A stretch of 64,000 bases of DNA from Candidatus Moraniibacteriota bacterium (GTDB lineage Bacteria > Patescibacteriota > Minisyncoccia > Moranbacterales > GCA-2747515): positions 10,530 through 74,529 of the forward strand of contig JBBQZC010000004.1 of the NCBI GenBank assembly GCA_038208115.1, read 5' to 3'. Positions 1 to 11,679 of this stretch are shown one piece after another. Positions within the stretch are counted from its first letter, which is position 1; each line of letters opens with the position of its first letter. The notes under the pieces were generated by a model. That model saw only the letters and a list, made by a program, of their open reading frames with translations, was not told the origin of the DNA and made no database searches. Both the position numbers and the translations under genes were made by a program.

Positions 1-100
1 GCGATATCCCTGATATCATCATTTGTCAATTCCATAAATTCATTATTATACACATTATACTTATTCACTATACGAAAAATTCATGACAAGAGCAACCCTT

Positions 101-823
101 TCACGACACCTGGTCAACAGACGCCTCATCTCCTCGTATACTGTTTTGTGGAATGATAATATCATCACTCACATCATCGACATCTCGCTCTTCGACGTGC
201 TCCGCACCATTTTCTGTGTCCGTAGACACATCGCCATCACGTGTTACAGCCAATACGACAAAAAAGAGAACGAGCGCCGCTATACACATAATCACTGTGA
301 TCAAAAAAACATAGAATCCGTATATAATTCCGACAACGATCTTACGAGGACCCTCATTGGTGTACACCACAACTGATTGACTGATGAGATCATGGACGCC
401 TTGTTTTTTTGTAGTAAAACCGATCATAATATATCCGATACCCAGCATGATACCCGCCACAAATCTGCCAACTGTTTCTCTCAGAATAATCTTACCCAAA
501 GTCAGATTTTGTCCATCTTCCGCTTGCACGCGCGCACCGATAGCCATTTTGCCCAATGTCGCCTGATATTTGTGCGTCATAAAAATATAATATGACCATC
601 CCACAGCCATACTTATGACAGATACGACAACCTGCAAAATAAACTCCAAAAATTTGAACTCTGTCGCCGCTAAACCGACACTAAAAATGACATAAATAGG
701 AATGAGTACAATCATCGATATGATCGAGAGTATAAACCCATCGATGATATGTGCAGCACCGCGCACCCAAAACCCTCCATAACGCACAGATGTCTGTACG
801 TCTTTTTTTATTTCCACATCCAT
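101..823 (-). CDS. RDD family membrane protein
   Basis: N-terminal 'YGGFWVRGAAHIIDGFIL' and later 'HDLISQSVVV' match the RDD domain pattern. Several transmembrane (TM) segments and an acidic C-terminal tail. Confidence 0.55.
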   Translation of the reverse strand: MDVEIKKDVQTSVRYGGFWVRGAAHIIDGFILSIISMIVLIPIYVIFSVGLAATEFKFLEFILQVVVSVISMAVGWSYYIFMTHKYQATLGKMAIGARVQAEDGQNLTLGKIILRETVGRFVAGIMLGIGYIMIGFTTKKQGVHDLISQSVVVYTNEGPRKIVVGIIYGFYVFLITVIMCIAALVLFFVVLAVTRDGDVSTDTENGAEHVEERDVDDVSDDIIIPQNSIRGDEASVDQVS

Positions 824-873
824 ATATTATGATACAACTTTATAAATATATATTTATCCACACGTCCATTCAT

Positions 874-2997
<2,124 letters not shown>

Positions 2998-3164
2998 TTA
3001 GTATATTAGTTGTTAGATTAACAGAACACTCCTTTCCCGTGTCATTTCGAGCTTGTCGAGCCTGCCTGCCGGTAGACAGGAAATCTAACGCTTTCCAAAA
3101 AAACTGTAAATATCACCAAATCTCTTTATTTTATTATTTATCTATGTATCTCATTCTACACCAC

Positions 3165-3201
3165 AAAATCAAAAATCAAAAAAACCTCTCGCAAGGAGAG
3201 G
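3165..3201 (-). terminator. Rho-independent terminator downstream of the LamG pseudopilin gene
   Basis: Hairpin cctctc-gcaag-gagagg at 3185-3201. On the minus strand it is followed by a T-rich run (plus-strand A run 3165-3184). Confidence 0.55.
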
Positions 3202-3218
3202 CTTAACGTGCATATTCA

Positions 3219-4643
3219 TTATGGCAGCGGAAAACAATCACCGTCTTTACTAGAGTTATTCCATGCACTAACACATAATCGATTGATTTCCTCATCTGTG
3301 ATCGCGCGATCCCAGATACGCACATCATCAATCGCACCTTTGAAATAACTTGTAGGACCTTTTGCTGCACCGATGTAAAGCAATTCAGCACTCACATCAC
3401 TAATATTCGTACTCAATGGATTTCCTTTTTTAATATTTTTATCCACAATAATTTCCAAATTACCTGTATCAGACTTTGTCCATCTCCCTACTACATGATG
3501 CCAGTCTGTATCATTGATAGCGGTATCTGAACAGATTGTTTTATCTTGCACATGAAAACACACCTTTCCAGCATTAAGATATATTTCATATCCTTTATTA
3601 TTACTCACTCGAGAAATCAAGCTCCCACTAGATTTAACCACATTTTGTTTGATCCATAATGAGATTGCGATACCATCTGTCGGATTCAATTTATCTTCTT
3701 TTTTATTTTTATCAACACAATTAAATTCCTCATCCTCACAACTGCCATTCACCCACATCGCCAAATAATCATTTCCATCAAAGTAGAGAGCTTCTTTCGC
3801 ATCAGACCCGAGCGGAGCAGACGGATCCACTTCTGCAGAGACGATACCCTCCACCCATGCGCCATCTGGATTTTCTCCATCATCAGAGCCTTTTTTTTGT
3901 GGAATCATAAAAATAGCATTATCATCTGCACAACCTGTAAAAGATTTAATTTTGCCGATTGTTTCACCAGCCTCATCCTTAATATCGCTCGATGCAGATT
4001 TTAGCTGGCATAGAGTCAATACCTGATCATTCTTGGATGAGTCTTGTGCGATTAATGATATCTTATCATCAGGCTCAGATGCAAGTCGTGCCACTTGTGC
4101 TCGATCTTCAAAAGACCAATGTGCGAGGAGCCCTCGCGTCAAGCTGTCACGCAATTTCACAAAAACGGCACGCACAGCGTTATTATAATTTCCTGCAACC
4201 TTAAATCGGGACACATTTGCCAACTTTTCATTACACTGTGTAATAGGGATCGTTGTCGTCCACCCAGATCCTGTATCTCCTGGCGCACCCTCTTTATATG
4301 CAGAGATAATAAATCGTGTATCCGTATTACCGATCGTTGCCGCGACGTTGGGATTATTACTGTTTACACAAGGGTACTGCTCAGGATTATAAATACTAGT
4401 TAGCGCTGATGCCATCGCATCTAGATCATCACTTTGATCCAAATCCTTGTATAATTGTTGCAAAAATTCCTCCATGCCCTTATCTGCATTTTGAAAAGCC
4501 GTCGTGGAATTGACAGAGATATCAGCACTGCGCCTCTCGATCAAGGTCACGCCCGCGACAGAAAAAGCCGCAATGAGAATGAAAGAAAGCACAATGAGTG
4601 CAAAAACGAGTATGGAACCTTTTTGTTTTTTTATCCTATGCAT
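3219..4643 (-). CDS. PilX-like minor pseudopilin with C-terminal LamG/concanavalin-A-like lectin domain (candidate pilus tip adhesin)
   Basis: N-terminus 'KQKGSILVFALIVLSFILIAAFSVAG' resembles the PilX N-terminal domain. The C-terminal ~200 aa ('YFDGNDYL...ISLWIK...DWHHVVGRW...GAIDDVRIWDRAITDEEI') is a LamG-type fold. Last gene of the minor pilin operon. Confidence 0.5.
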   Translation of the reverse strand: MHRIKKQKGSILVFALIVLSFILIAAFSVAGVTLIERRSADISVNSTTAFQNADKGMEEFLQQLYKDLDQSDDLDAMASALTSIYNPEQYPCVNSNNPNVAATIGNTDTRFIISAYKEGAPGDTGSGWTTTIPITQCNEKLANVSRFKVAGNYNNAVRAVFVKLRDSLTRGLLAHWSFEDRAQVARLASEPDDKISLIAQDSSKNDQVLTLCQLKSASSDIKDEAGETIGKIKSFTGCADDNAIFMIPQKKGSDDGENPDGAWVEGIVSAEVDPSAPLGSDAKEALYFDGNDYLAMWVNGSCEDEEFNCVDKNKKEDKLNPTDGIAISLWIKQNVVKSSGSLISRVSNNKGYEIYLNAGKVCFHVQDKTICSDTAINDTDWHHVVGRWTKSDTGNLEIIVDKNIKKGNPLSTNISDVSAELLYIGAAKGPTSYFKGAIDDVRIWDRAITDEEINRLCVSAWNNSSKDGDCFPLP

Positions 4644-4654
4644 ATTTAAAATAT

Positions 4655-5371
4655 CTAAAAACTAAGATCAGGTGGATAATCTCTGAGCGATGTCGATGTT
4701 TGAATATAGATTGGATGATCTTTTTTGTCTTCATACAATGCATCGGTTTTCGCTGGTCGTACCGTCATACTCATTGTTACGCGACCAATCGTTTTTGTTT
4801 TCCTCTCTCCTGTGGAGTCATCATAGCGTGTCGGCGCAACCCAAAAAGTACCCATCACATCACCGCTCGTCAACCGTTGATATTTGGTAATGGCATTACT
4901 ACTGTATGTAGTATCTAATAGACATTTTTCGATCTCATCGAACTGTATACCCTCTGTAGATTCTACCCATAAAGCAGAGTCTCCTGGATAAGGGTGAGAT
5001 TGCTCGCCAAGATGAAATGAAAATCGCATACACAATTCTTGTGAAAAATCATATAAAACCAACTTATGTGTAGTTTCGATTTCTTGTAAAATAAAATCAT
5101 CTTCATTAAACTGCGTCGGATCTCGCAAATCTGATCCATCTTCACCCAAAACGGTTGCCGTACGCAATGTTTTGGAGATATAATTCATAGCAAATTGTGC
5201 ATTTTCTAGATCACTTTGTGACACACGCGCATACCGGTATGCACTGATCTGTTGTGCAAAAATCTGTACAATCGCTACCATGATGATGAGGAAAATGAAA
5301 ACCGACACCATGAGTTCTACAAGTGTGAATCCTTTTTTGATAGTGTCACCTCCATTAGATTTGCCTTTCAT
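4655..5371 (-). CDS. type IV minor pseudopilin (PilW-like)
   Basis: Prepilin signal 'KKGFTLVELMVSVFIFLII', a class III leader with G-1 and E+5. Confidence 0.6.
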   Translation of the reverse strand: MKGKSNGGDTIKKGFTLVELMVSVFIFLIIMVAIVQIFAQQISAYRYARVSQSDLENAQFAMNYISKTLRTATVLGEDGSDLRDPTQFNEDDFILQEIETTHKLVLYDFSQELCMRFSFHLGEQSHPYPGDSALWVESTEGIQFDEIEKCLLDTTYSSNAITKYQRLTSGDVMGTFWVAPTRYDDSTGERKTKTIGRVTMSMTVRPAKTDALYEDKKDHPIYIQTSTSLRDYPPDLSF

Positions 5372-5399
5372 TCTTCATTTTTAATGCTTAATTAATATA

Positions 5400-6038
5400 T
5401 CAGTCACCATAATTGATCCACGACGTCAAACGGGTTTGTGCAAAAACACAATTTTGTGAAATTTTACAATCACGTTCCACATTGTCCGCACTCGGAAAAT
5501 TATTTTGTCCACCAAAGATCACCACGCTAGTCACTTTTGCTAAGACATCGTTTGGCGGGTCAACATTTGTTTTAGAATATTGTATGTAAATACGTCGTCG
5601 CAAATGTGAATCTTCATAGAGAGTCCCTCCTCCTGAATGTGAATACATACCAGTCTCTGTATTGAGATACAACTTATCATCAGGGCTTACGCCGCTACAA
5701 ACTAATCGTGAGGATGCACCTGATGTTGCATAATCTATCGTGCACGATGTGAAAGTGGAAACATTGTATGATGGCCAATTATAATCAGATTCTGGATCAA
5801 AAGCTGTACACCTTTCTGTTCCAGTACCACATGTTTCTTGTGTCACATTATTATCTCGCACATTTCGCACGAGTTCCACGCCTTCTTGTGCCAGAAGTGT
5901 CGCTATCACTGCATCGCGACTCCCTTTCATATTATCTATGCTACGCACAGTCAAAAAAACCGCATCTACAATGCCCACAAGCAATATGAACATCGCGACC
6001 ATCACTTCTCCGATTGAAAAACCCTTTTTATTCCTCAT
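5400..6038 (-). CDS. type IV minor pseudopilin (PilV-like)
   Basis: Prepilin-type N-terminus 'KKGFSIGEVMVAMFILLVGI'. Confidence 0.6.
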   Translation of the reverse strand: MRNKKGFSIGEVMVAMFILLVGIVDAVFLTVRSIDNMKGSRDAVIATLLAQEGVELVRNVRDNNVTQETCGTGTERCTAFDPESDYNWPSYNVSTFTSCTIDYATSGASSRLVCSGVSPDDKLYLNTETGMYSHSGGGTLYEDSHLRRRIYIQYSKTNVDPPNDVLAKVTSVVIFGGQNNFPSADNVERDCKISQNCVFAQTRLTSWINYGD

Positions 6039-6046
6039 ATATTATC

Positions 6047-6658
6047 TTAAAATACACACGCTACATCCGCATCATTGAAGCCAAGCTCTTCAATCAATCC
6101 CGTCGCATGCACACAAATATGAAATTTCCTCCCATCATTTAATATCAAGACTAGATCAGTCCCAATCGATGTTTCTTGACCATCAAAATATTTCCCATAC
6201 GGCACACCAAACGCCACAAAATTTGTGGAGACACGAGTACTTCCATTTGTTGCACTTGTAAACATTTCAATTGCAATCTTTTTTTGTGATAAATTTTCAT
6301 CGAGCAGTTTCTCCGTATATGACTGTGGATCATTATCATCAGCACACACCTCCTGTAACGCCCGATATGAACCTTTAATCTGATATGTGTCTCCATCACT
6401 TGTAAAAATAAAACCGCATGGCAACATATCACTTGCACGCTGCTTCCCTGTCAATGCATTATTTTGTGTCTCACGAATTGCCGCAGCAACTTCACGCCCA
6501 ACTGCTTCGAGTTTTTTCTTGTCACGATCTTTGAATGAGACGACAAACATCGTCAATGTCATAATCGTGATAATCGCGACGATGATAATCATCTCAAGAA
6601 ATGAAAAACCTTTTTTAGTCTGATATATTTTTTTTGTTTTTTGTACAATATTTTTCAT
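6047..6658 (-). CDS. type IV minor pseudopilin (FimT/GspH-like)
   Basis: Prepilin motif 'KKGFSFLEMIIIVAIITIM' after a longer leader. Confidence 0.55.
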   Translation of the reverse strand: MKNIVQKTKKIYQTKKGFSFLEMIIIVAIITIMTLTMFVVSFKDRDKKKLEAVGREVAAAIRETQNNALTGKQRASDMLPCGFIFTSDGDTYQIKGSYRALQEVCADDNDPQSYTEKLLDENLSQKKIAIEMFTSATNGSTRVSTNFVAFGVPYGKYFDGQETSIGTDLVLILNDGRKFHICVHATGLIEELGFNDADVACVF

Positions 6659-6690
6659 AGATATATTATATCACAAGTTTTTCACATCAT

Positions 6691-7506
6691 CTATAGTAAA
6701 GCCGAGACATACTCTGGATACATATATGTGATCAAAAAAGCGAGGAATAATCCCGTTATGAGAAATGGTCCGAATGGCACTTCTGATTTCATCGTTTTTT
6801 GCCTGAGGAGCATCAGTACGATGCCATATACCGCACCGATACAAAAAGCCAATAATAATGCGACAAACGTCCCGATCGGACCCAGAAGCAATCCAACTGC
6901 AATCGCGACAAATGCATCGCCATACCCCATCCATGTCTCATCAGAATAATAACTCAACCCAAAGAAAAAACAAAAAGCTGTCAATGCGCTCATGCCATGC
7001 AAAAAAGAGGTGCTACTCCATATATCAGTCAGAGGCGGTACATGGTATATGTCTGTAACAATATTTGCAATAACGAGGATGCCAATCGCAAACCACATGA
7101 CATTCATGGGTATCTCCATATATTTTGCGTCATAGACCAATATCACGACCAGACTCGCAAAGACAAATACATATAAAACCGCGACAAGCAGAGAGCTAAT
7201 CGTATGTGTCACAAAAAGATACCCGACACATCCGAAGACACCACTGACTAAAATCTCCACCAATGGATATTGCCATGAGATCTTCTTCGTGCAGTTACGA
7301 CATTTACCACGTAAAATCGCAAAACTTATGACAGGGATATTATCATACCAGAGAATTGGTTTACTACACTTGGGACAATGCGACCTCTCCAATATCATCC
7401 CCTCACCTGTCCGTAAACGACTAATCACCACATTACAAAAACTGCCGATTAAAAGTCCGTATACTACAAAAAAAATTATATAAAGCATATATCTATTACA
7501 ACTCAA
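6691..7506 (-). CDS. pilD: prepilin peptidase (A24 family)
   Basis: Zn-binding 'CPKCSKP...CRNCTKKI' tetracysteine, eight TM segments and the active-site region 'MGYGDAFVAIAVGLLLG'. Confidence 0.9.
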   Translation of the reverse strand: MSCNRYMLYIIFFVVYGLLIGSFCNVVISRLRTGEGMILERSHCPKCSKPILWYDNIPVISFAILRGKCRNCTKKISWQYPLVEILVSGVFGCVGYLFVTHTISSLLVAVLYVFVFASLVVILVYDAKYMEIPMNVMWFAIGILVIANIVTDIYHVPPLTDIWSSTSFLHGMSALTAFCFFFGLSYYSDETWMGYGDAFVAIAVGLLLGPIGTFVALLLAFCIGAVYGIVLMLLRQKTMKSEVPFGPFLITGLFLAFLITYMYPEYVSALL

Positions 7507-7566
7507 TCCTATTTTTCACTACATAACCGAAAATCTCAGGAAGTTTTTTTAATTCTTAACTATCAT

Positions 7567-7983
7567 TTAGCATCCATCACTACTCACAAAACCAGTTTCA
7601 CTATACGTTGCACTTATACAGCTCCCTGCATTGAGCAATCCCGGCGTTGCCACGATCACAAAATGTCCATTATAATTACACTGATCTGTCACTGATATTG
7701 TGCCGATATTATCATCCCCAGGATACACCGCTTCGACTGAGTCCGCATCACTACAGATATTTATAGCAGATCCAGCTCCACTCAATTTATCTTGGATCTC
7801 TTCATTATCATCACAGCACACGATTCCTGCCTTATAGACACTTGACGCACTCGCCTTGAAAGACGCGTCTTTTGCCTTATTGCGGGCAAAATTCAGAGCA
7901 GTCAAAACGATTGTTGCCAAAATACCGATAATCGCTATCGTAACGAGTAATTCGATAAGCGTAAACGCTTTTTTCGTTTGCAT
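7567..7983 (-). CDS. type IV pilin (class III signal, Ala at -1)
   Basis: '[23 protein letters not shown]' N-terminus. C-terminal region has a paired-Cys 'CCDDN' motif and a terminal Cys. No Shine-Dalgarno sequence next to the ATG. Confidence 0.8.
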   Translation of the reverse strand: MQTKKAFTLIELLVTIAIIGILATIVLTALNFARNKAKDASFKASASSVYKAGIVCCDDNEEIQDKLSGAGSAINICSDADSVEAVYPGDDNIGTISVTDQCNYNGHFVIVATPGLLNAGSCISATYSETGFVSSDGC

Positions 7984-8014
7984 AATGGAAAGACCAAATA
8001 GTTACCTCTCCCCT

Positions 8015-8060
8015 TTGTAATCATCATACCATATTCATGAAAAATTTACAGTATTTTGAA
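8015..8060 (-). promoter_or_regulatory. candidate promoter of the pilin/pilD/minor-pilin operon
   Basis: Minus-strand extended -10 'TGGTATGAT' (plus 8023-8031) with a weak -35 'TGTAAA' 17 nt upstream. Confidence 0.3.
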
Positions 8061-8196
8061 AAAAATTTATCATTTTTTATACAAATGCAAGTACGTAATT
8101 TGACTGATTTATATTTACTGAAGACTTGTTAAAGTCACGGCTAATAATCGTTGAAAAATTGAAATAAAGAGTAATATTGGAATTGAAGAGATTGAA

Positions 8197-8844
8197 TCAA
8201 ATTATTTTTTTGAGAATAAAAAATCTATGATATGCATTAAGCGGATGAGTGAATTCTCTCTCTAAATAAAAAAACTTACTAAGCAATATTCTAAAATCTT
8301 TTAAAGAATAACCTTCTTTACCTAATTCCCAGTAATGTGCACCATCGAATTTATGTTTTTTTTTCAAAAATGGAATATCAAAATACAATACATATTTTGG
8401 TAAAAAACTCACTTCAGCCCATAAGGTAAAGGAAAAGCGATATTGTGGCAAAGATACTAATAGATAATTCTCTGTAATTTCCGAAAATTGTTTCAAAACA
8501 TTTTCTACATCCCTATATCGTATATGTTCCAAAACCTCAAAACATGAAATAATATCAAACTTGTCTTCAACAACATCCTGTATATGAGTAATATCACCTA
8601 TATAATCAGGATTTAATTCATCTGTATTATCAAAAGTTTTGATATCATAACCGCGTTGCTTTAAATATTCACTTATCAAGCCATTCCCTTTTCCAACTTC
8701 AAGTATTTTTGTGTGCTCTTTATCTTTTTTTGCAATATCAATAATAATTTTTTTTTGATTATAATAACTCACAAAACGTGACAACGAATCATAAAATTCA
8801 TCTTCATAAATCTCCTTTGGAAATTGTTCAACATATTTTGACAT
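8197..8844 (-). CDS. class I SAM-dependent methyltransferase
   Basis: Motif I 'ILEVGKGNGLISEYL' with a Rossmann-like beta/alpha pattern. Confidence 0.6.
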   Translation of the reverse strand: MSKYVEQFPKEIYEDEFYDSLSRFVSYYNQKKIIIDIAKKDKEHTKILEVGKGNGLISEYLKQRGYDIKTFDNTDELNPDYIGDITHIQDVVEDKFDIISCFEVLEHIRYRDVENVLKQFSEITENYLLVSLPQYRFSFTLWAEVSFLPKYVLYFDIPFLKKKHKFDGAHYWELGKEGYSLKDFRILLSKFFYLEREFTHPLNAYHRFFILKKII

Positions 8845-8869
8845 AATAATTTACTAAAAAATAACATTT

Positions 8870-10159
8870 CTATTTAACAAATCTCTTAACCACACCTTTT
8901 GCAATCATCAAAGTACCGAGACAATCCAAAACTAATCCCACAAGTATCAAATCAATAGAAACAATATCATAATATACCAAAGCCATATAATAACAAATCA
9001 AAACAAAAACCCGTGGAACAAATAAGAGTAATGTATACCCATAAACGCGATTAGAGTATGTGTTGATTACAGGACTATATAATGAACAAAAGATTGTCAA
9101 AATACCATAAAATGAAAATGAAACATTATACCAAAAATTATATTCATATTGCTTTCCAAAAAACAAAATTGCTATAGAGCTCAGTATAAATAAAAGAAAA
9201 AATGATGGAATAAAGCCTTTTTTAAAAAGTTTATCTATTTTATACACTAAAAGTAATTTATTGTCATGTTGTGCTGCATGCACAAAAAGTACATTCCCTA
9301 TAATAGCTACAGCTAGACCTGCAATTGTCACAGATACCATTGCATACACTGAATAGATACCAAGTGCATCTTGTCCTAAATATCTACCTATTATAAAACG
9401 ATCAGATAAAAGTGCAAAAGAAGAAATTAGAGAACTGCTAGCAAATAAAATGCCTGACTTCATAATCTTGTATGAAATTTTACCACTAACATATTTTAAG
9501 CTGAAATAAGACATAAAACTTTTGCCATATAAAATTATGACAAAAAAACTACTCCCTGCAATTGAAAGAATAAAATATTCAAAACTTGTCTTCAAAAAAA
9601 TTAAAAGAAAAACAGTGCAAAAAATAAATGCCACAATAGATTCTAACGCTCTATAAAATGCTTGTTTTTTAAAAAGCGAAACACCGCGTGCAAGACCTTC
9701 AAGAAAAAATTTAAAACTATAAATAATAATGAGACCAAAAGTAATCCACACAAGAGTTTTATGAAATTCATTAAAATATCCAACAAATTTTAAAACTATA
9801 AACAAACTCAATCCACAAAAAAATAAACTTAATAACATCACGGCAAGTGCTGAAGATACATAGCTTTTCCGTTTATTTGGATTTGCACGAGCGAGCTCTT
9901 TGGTTAGTGACATATCAATGCCACTAGCACAAAATGTGCGTAGTGTATTTGCAGCAAGAAAAACAAAACTAGCAATACCATACTGTTCAGGACCCATCAT
10001 TCTGCCAGAAACTACATGTACAAAAAACATCACAACACTTGCAAATAAAACACCCACGGAAGACCATTTTAGATTTTTTTTTAATTGAGGATTCACCAAA
10101 TTTCCTCCTCTATTTTTTAATAGTAAATAGTACTTTGAAAATATCATACGATTATGCAT
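8870..10159 (-). CDS. polysaccharide biosynthesis membrane protein (Wzx/MOP-type flippase-like)
   Basis: 429 aa with about 12 predicted TM helices, inside the glycosyltransferase cluster. Confidence 0.45.
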   Translation of the reverse strand: MHNRMIFSKYYLLLKNRGGNLVNPQLKKNLKWSSVGVLFASVVMFFVHVVSGRMMGPEQYGIASFVFLAANTLRTFCASGIDMSLTKELARANPNKRKSYVSSALAVMLLSLFFCGLSLFIVLKFVGYFNEFHKTLVWITFGLIIIYSFKFFLEGLARGVSLFKKQAFYRALESIVAFIFCTVFLLIFLKTSFEYFILSIAGSSFFVIILYGKSFMSYFSLKYVSGKISYKIMKSGILFASSSLISSFALLSDRFIIGRYLGQDALGIYSVYAMVSVTIAGLAVAIIGNVLFVHAAQHDNKLLLVYKIDKLFKKGFIPSFFLLFILSSIAILFFGKQYEYNFWYNVSFSFYGILTIFCSLYSPVINTYSNRVYGYTLLLFVPRVFVLICYYMALVYYDIVSIDLILVGLVLDCLGTLMIAKGVVKRFVK

Positions 10160-10811
10160 TTTTTTTCATAATAAGCATATATCCAGTTTTTTTAGGATTA
10201 TTTATACCAAAACGATGCAATACGTTAAAAATAACATAGAACGCCCATAATACTGTCTCAGCTGAATATGCAAATAATTGCTGCCGTCGATATACTAACG
10301 CAATTTTTTTATATGAAATCCTCATATCATCATACGTTCTTTGTGCTCCATCAGATTCTAAATAATGCAAAATGGCCTCCGGGTGATACGGTTTGACATG
10401 TGTAAAATCATTATAAAACCCATTGTGCAGCATAGGAGTTCTCAAACAAAATATGCCCCCAGGTTTCAAAACTCTATCAATTTCCTTTATTATGGCATAT
10501 GCTTCTTTTGGAAGTAAATGTTCAATAACATGTGCACAATGCACTGCGTCAAACTGCTGATCTTTAAAAGGTAATTGCGTAACATCACCTGAGATAACAT
10601 GGTATCCTTTCTGTTGACAAATCTTCAAACTTTTTTCATTTTGATCAATGCCCTCAATTCTTTTAGGATCATTACTAATAAATCTCCCTTCTCCACACCC
10701 AACATCTAAGATTTTTTTACAATTTATCATATATTTCAAAGCAATTTTATCCCGATCTGCTTTTTGATTATAAATCATTTTTTTTCTATATTTTTCTAAA
10801 AAAATATTCAT
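10152..10811 (-). CDS. class I SAM-dependent methyltransferase
   Basis: 'ILDVGCGEGRF' motif I, followed by 'FDAVHCAHVIEHL' and 'LKPGG' motifs. Confidence 0.65.
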   Translation of the reverse strand: MNIFLEKYRKKMIYNQKADRDKIALKYMINCKKILDVGCGEGRFISNDPKRIEGIDQNEKSLKICQQKGYHVISGDVTQLPFKDQQFDAVHCAHVIEHLLPKEAYAIIKEIDRVLKPGGIFCLRTPMLHNGFYNDFTHVKPYHPEAILHYLESDGAQRTYDDMRISYKKIALVYRRQQLFAYSAETVLWAFYVIFNVLHRFGINNPKKTGYMLIMKKNA

Positions 10812-10927
10812 ATTGATCTGATACTTAGATTACAACTTTCTTATAAAACTATAGCATAAATAAAAATACTTCGCACCAAAAAATTGTGCTATAATATTCA
10901 AACCATAAGAAGATATAAAAAATGTAA

Positions 10928-11677
10928 ATGTCTGCTAGAAAAATCCAAAAAAAATCCAATATTGTCGTCTATACAGCCATATTTGGAAATTATGATGTGC
11001 TAAACAAAGTGCCTCACAATATTAATTGTGATTTTGTCTGTTTTACTGATAATTCTCAATTAAAATCAAAAAAATTTGATATTAGACTTGTAGAGTCAAC
11101 ACATTCCGATTCCACACGAAATGCTCGCATGTATAAAGTTTTGCCACACAAATTTTTATCAGAATATAAATATTCAATATGGATTGACGCTTCTATGAAA
11201 TTGAAAAAAAACTTTGATCCAGAAAAAATGATTGAGAAATATTTAAAAAATGAAAAGTTTGCAATTTTTAAACATGATGAGAGAGATTGCGTTTATGATG
11301 AATTTGAAATATGCATTAAACATAAAAGAGATAACGTCGTCGTCATGCAAAAACAGAGAGATTTTTATAAAGAGTCAAACTATCCGAAGCACACTGGGTT
11401 AGTTTCTTCAGGATTTATAATTCGTGAGCACAATGATCCACATATCTCAAACTTTGATGACATGTGGTGGAAAGAAATTTGTAAATTTAGCAAAAGAGAT
11501 CAATTAAGTTTTAATTATGTTGCACACAAAATTAATTTACACTACACAAAAATAGAAGGTAATATTTTTAATAACAAAAATTTCTTTTATGTTGGTCATA
11601 ATGGATTTACACCAAGATACCGTGCTTTTATGAAACACGCACTGACATTTCTCAATAAAATCAATCCTCTAAAATAA
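10928..11677 (+). CDS. DUF616-like putative glycosyltransferase
   Basis: 'VVYTAIFGNYDVL...CFTDN' resembles the TOD1/DUF616 family. It is the only plus-strand gene in the cluster. Confidence 0.35.
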   Translation: MSARKIQKKSNIVVYTAIFGNYDVLNKVPHNINCDFVCFTDNSQLKSKKFDIRLVESTHSDSTRNARMYKVLPHKFLSEYKYSIWIDASMKLKKNFDPEKMIEKYLKNEKFAIFKHDERDCVYDEFEICIKHKRDNVVVMQKQRDFYKESNYPKHTGLVSSGFIIREHNDPHISNFDDMWWKEICKFSKRDQLSFNYVAHKINLHYTKIEGNIFNNKNFFYVGHNGFTPRYRAFMKHALTFLNKINPLK

Positions 11678-11679
11678 AG

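Noticed and set aside
83-595. Plus-strand ORFs 83-376, 377-595 and 384-566 from the six-frame track
   Set aside because: They lie entirely within the minus-strand RDD-family gene and are shadow ORFs.
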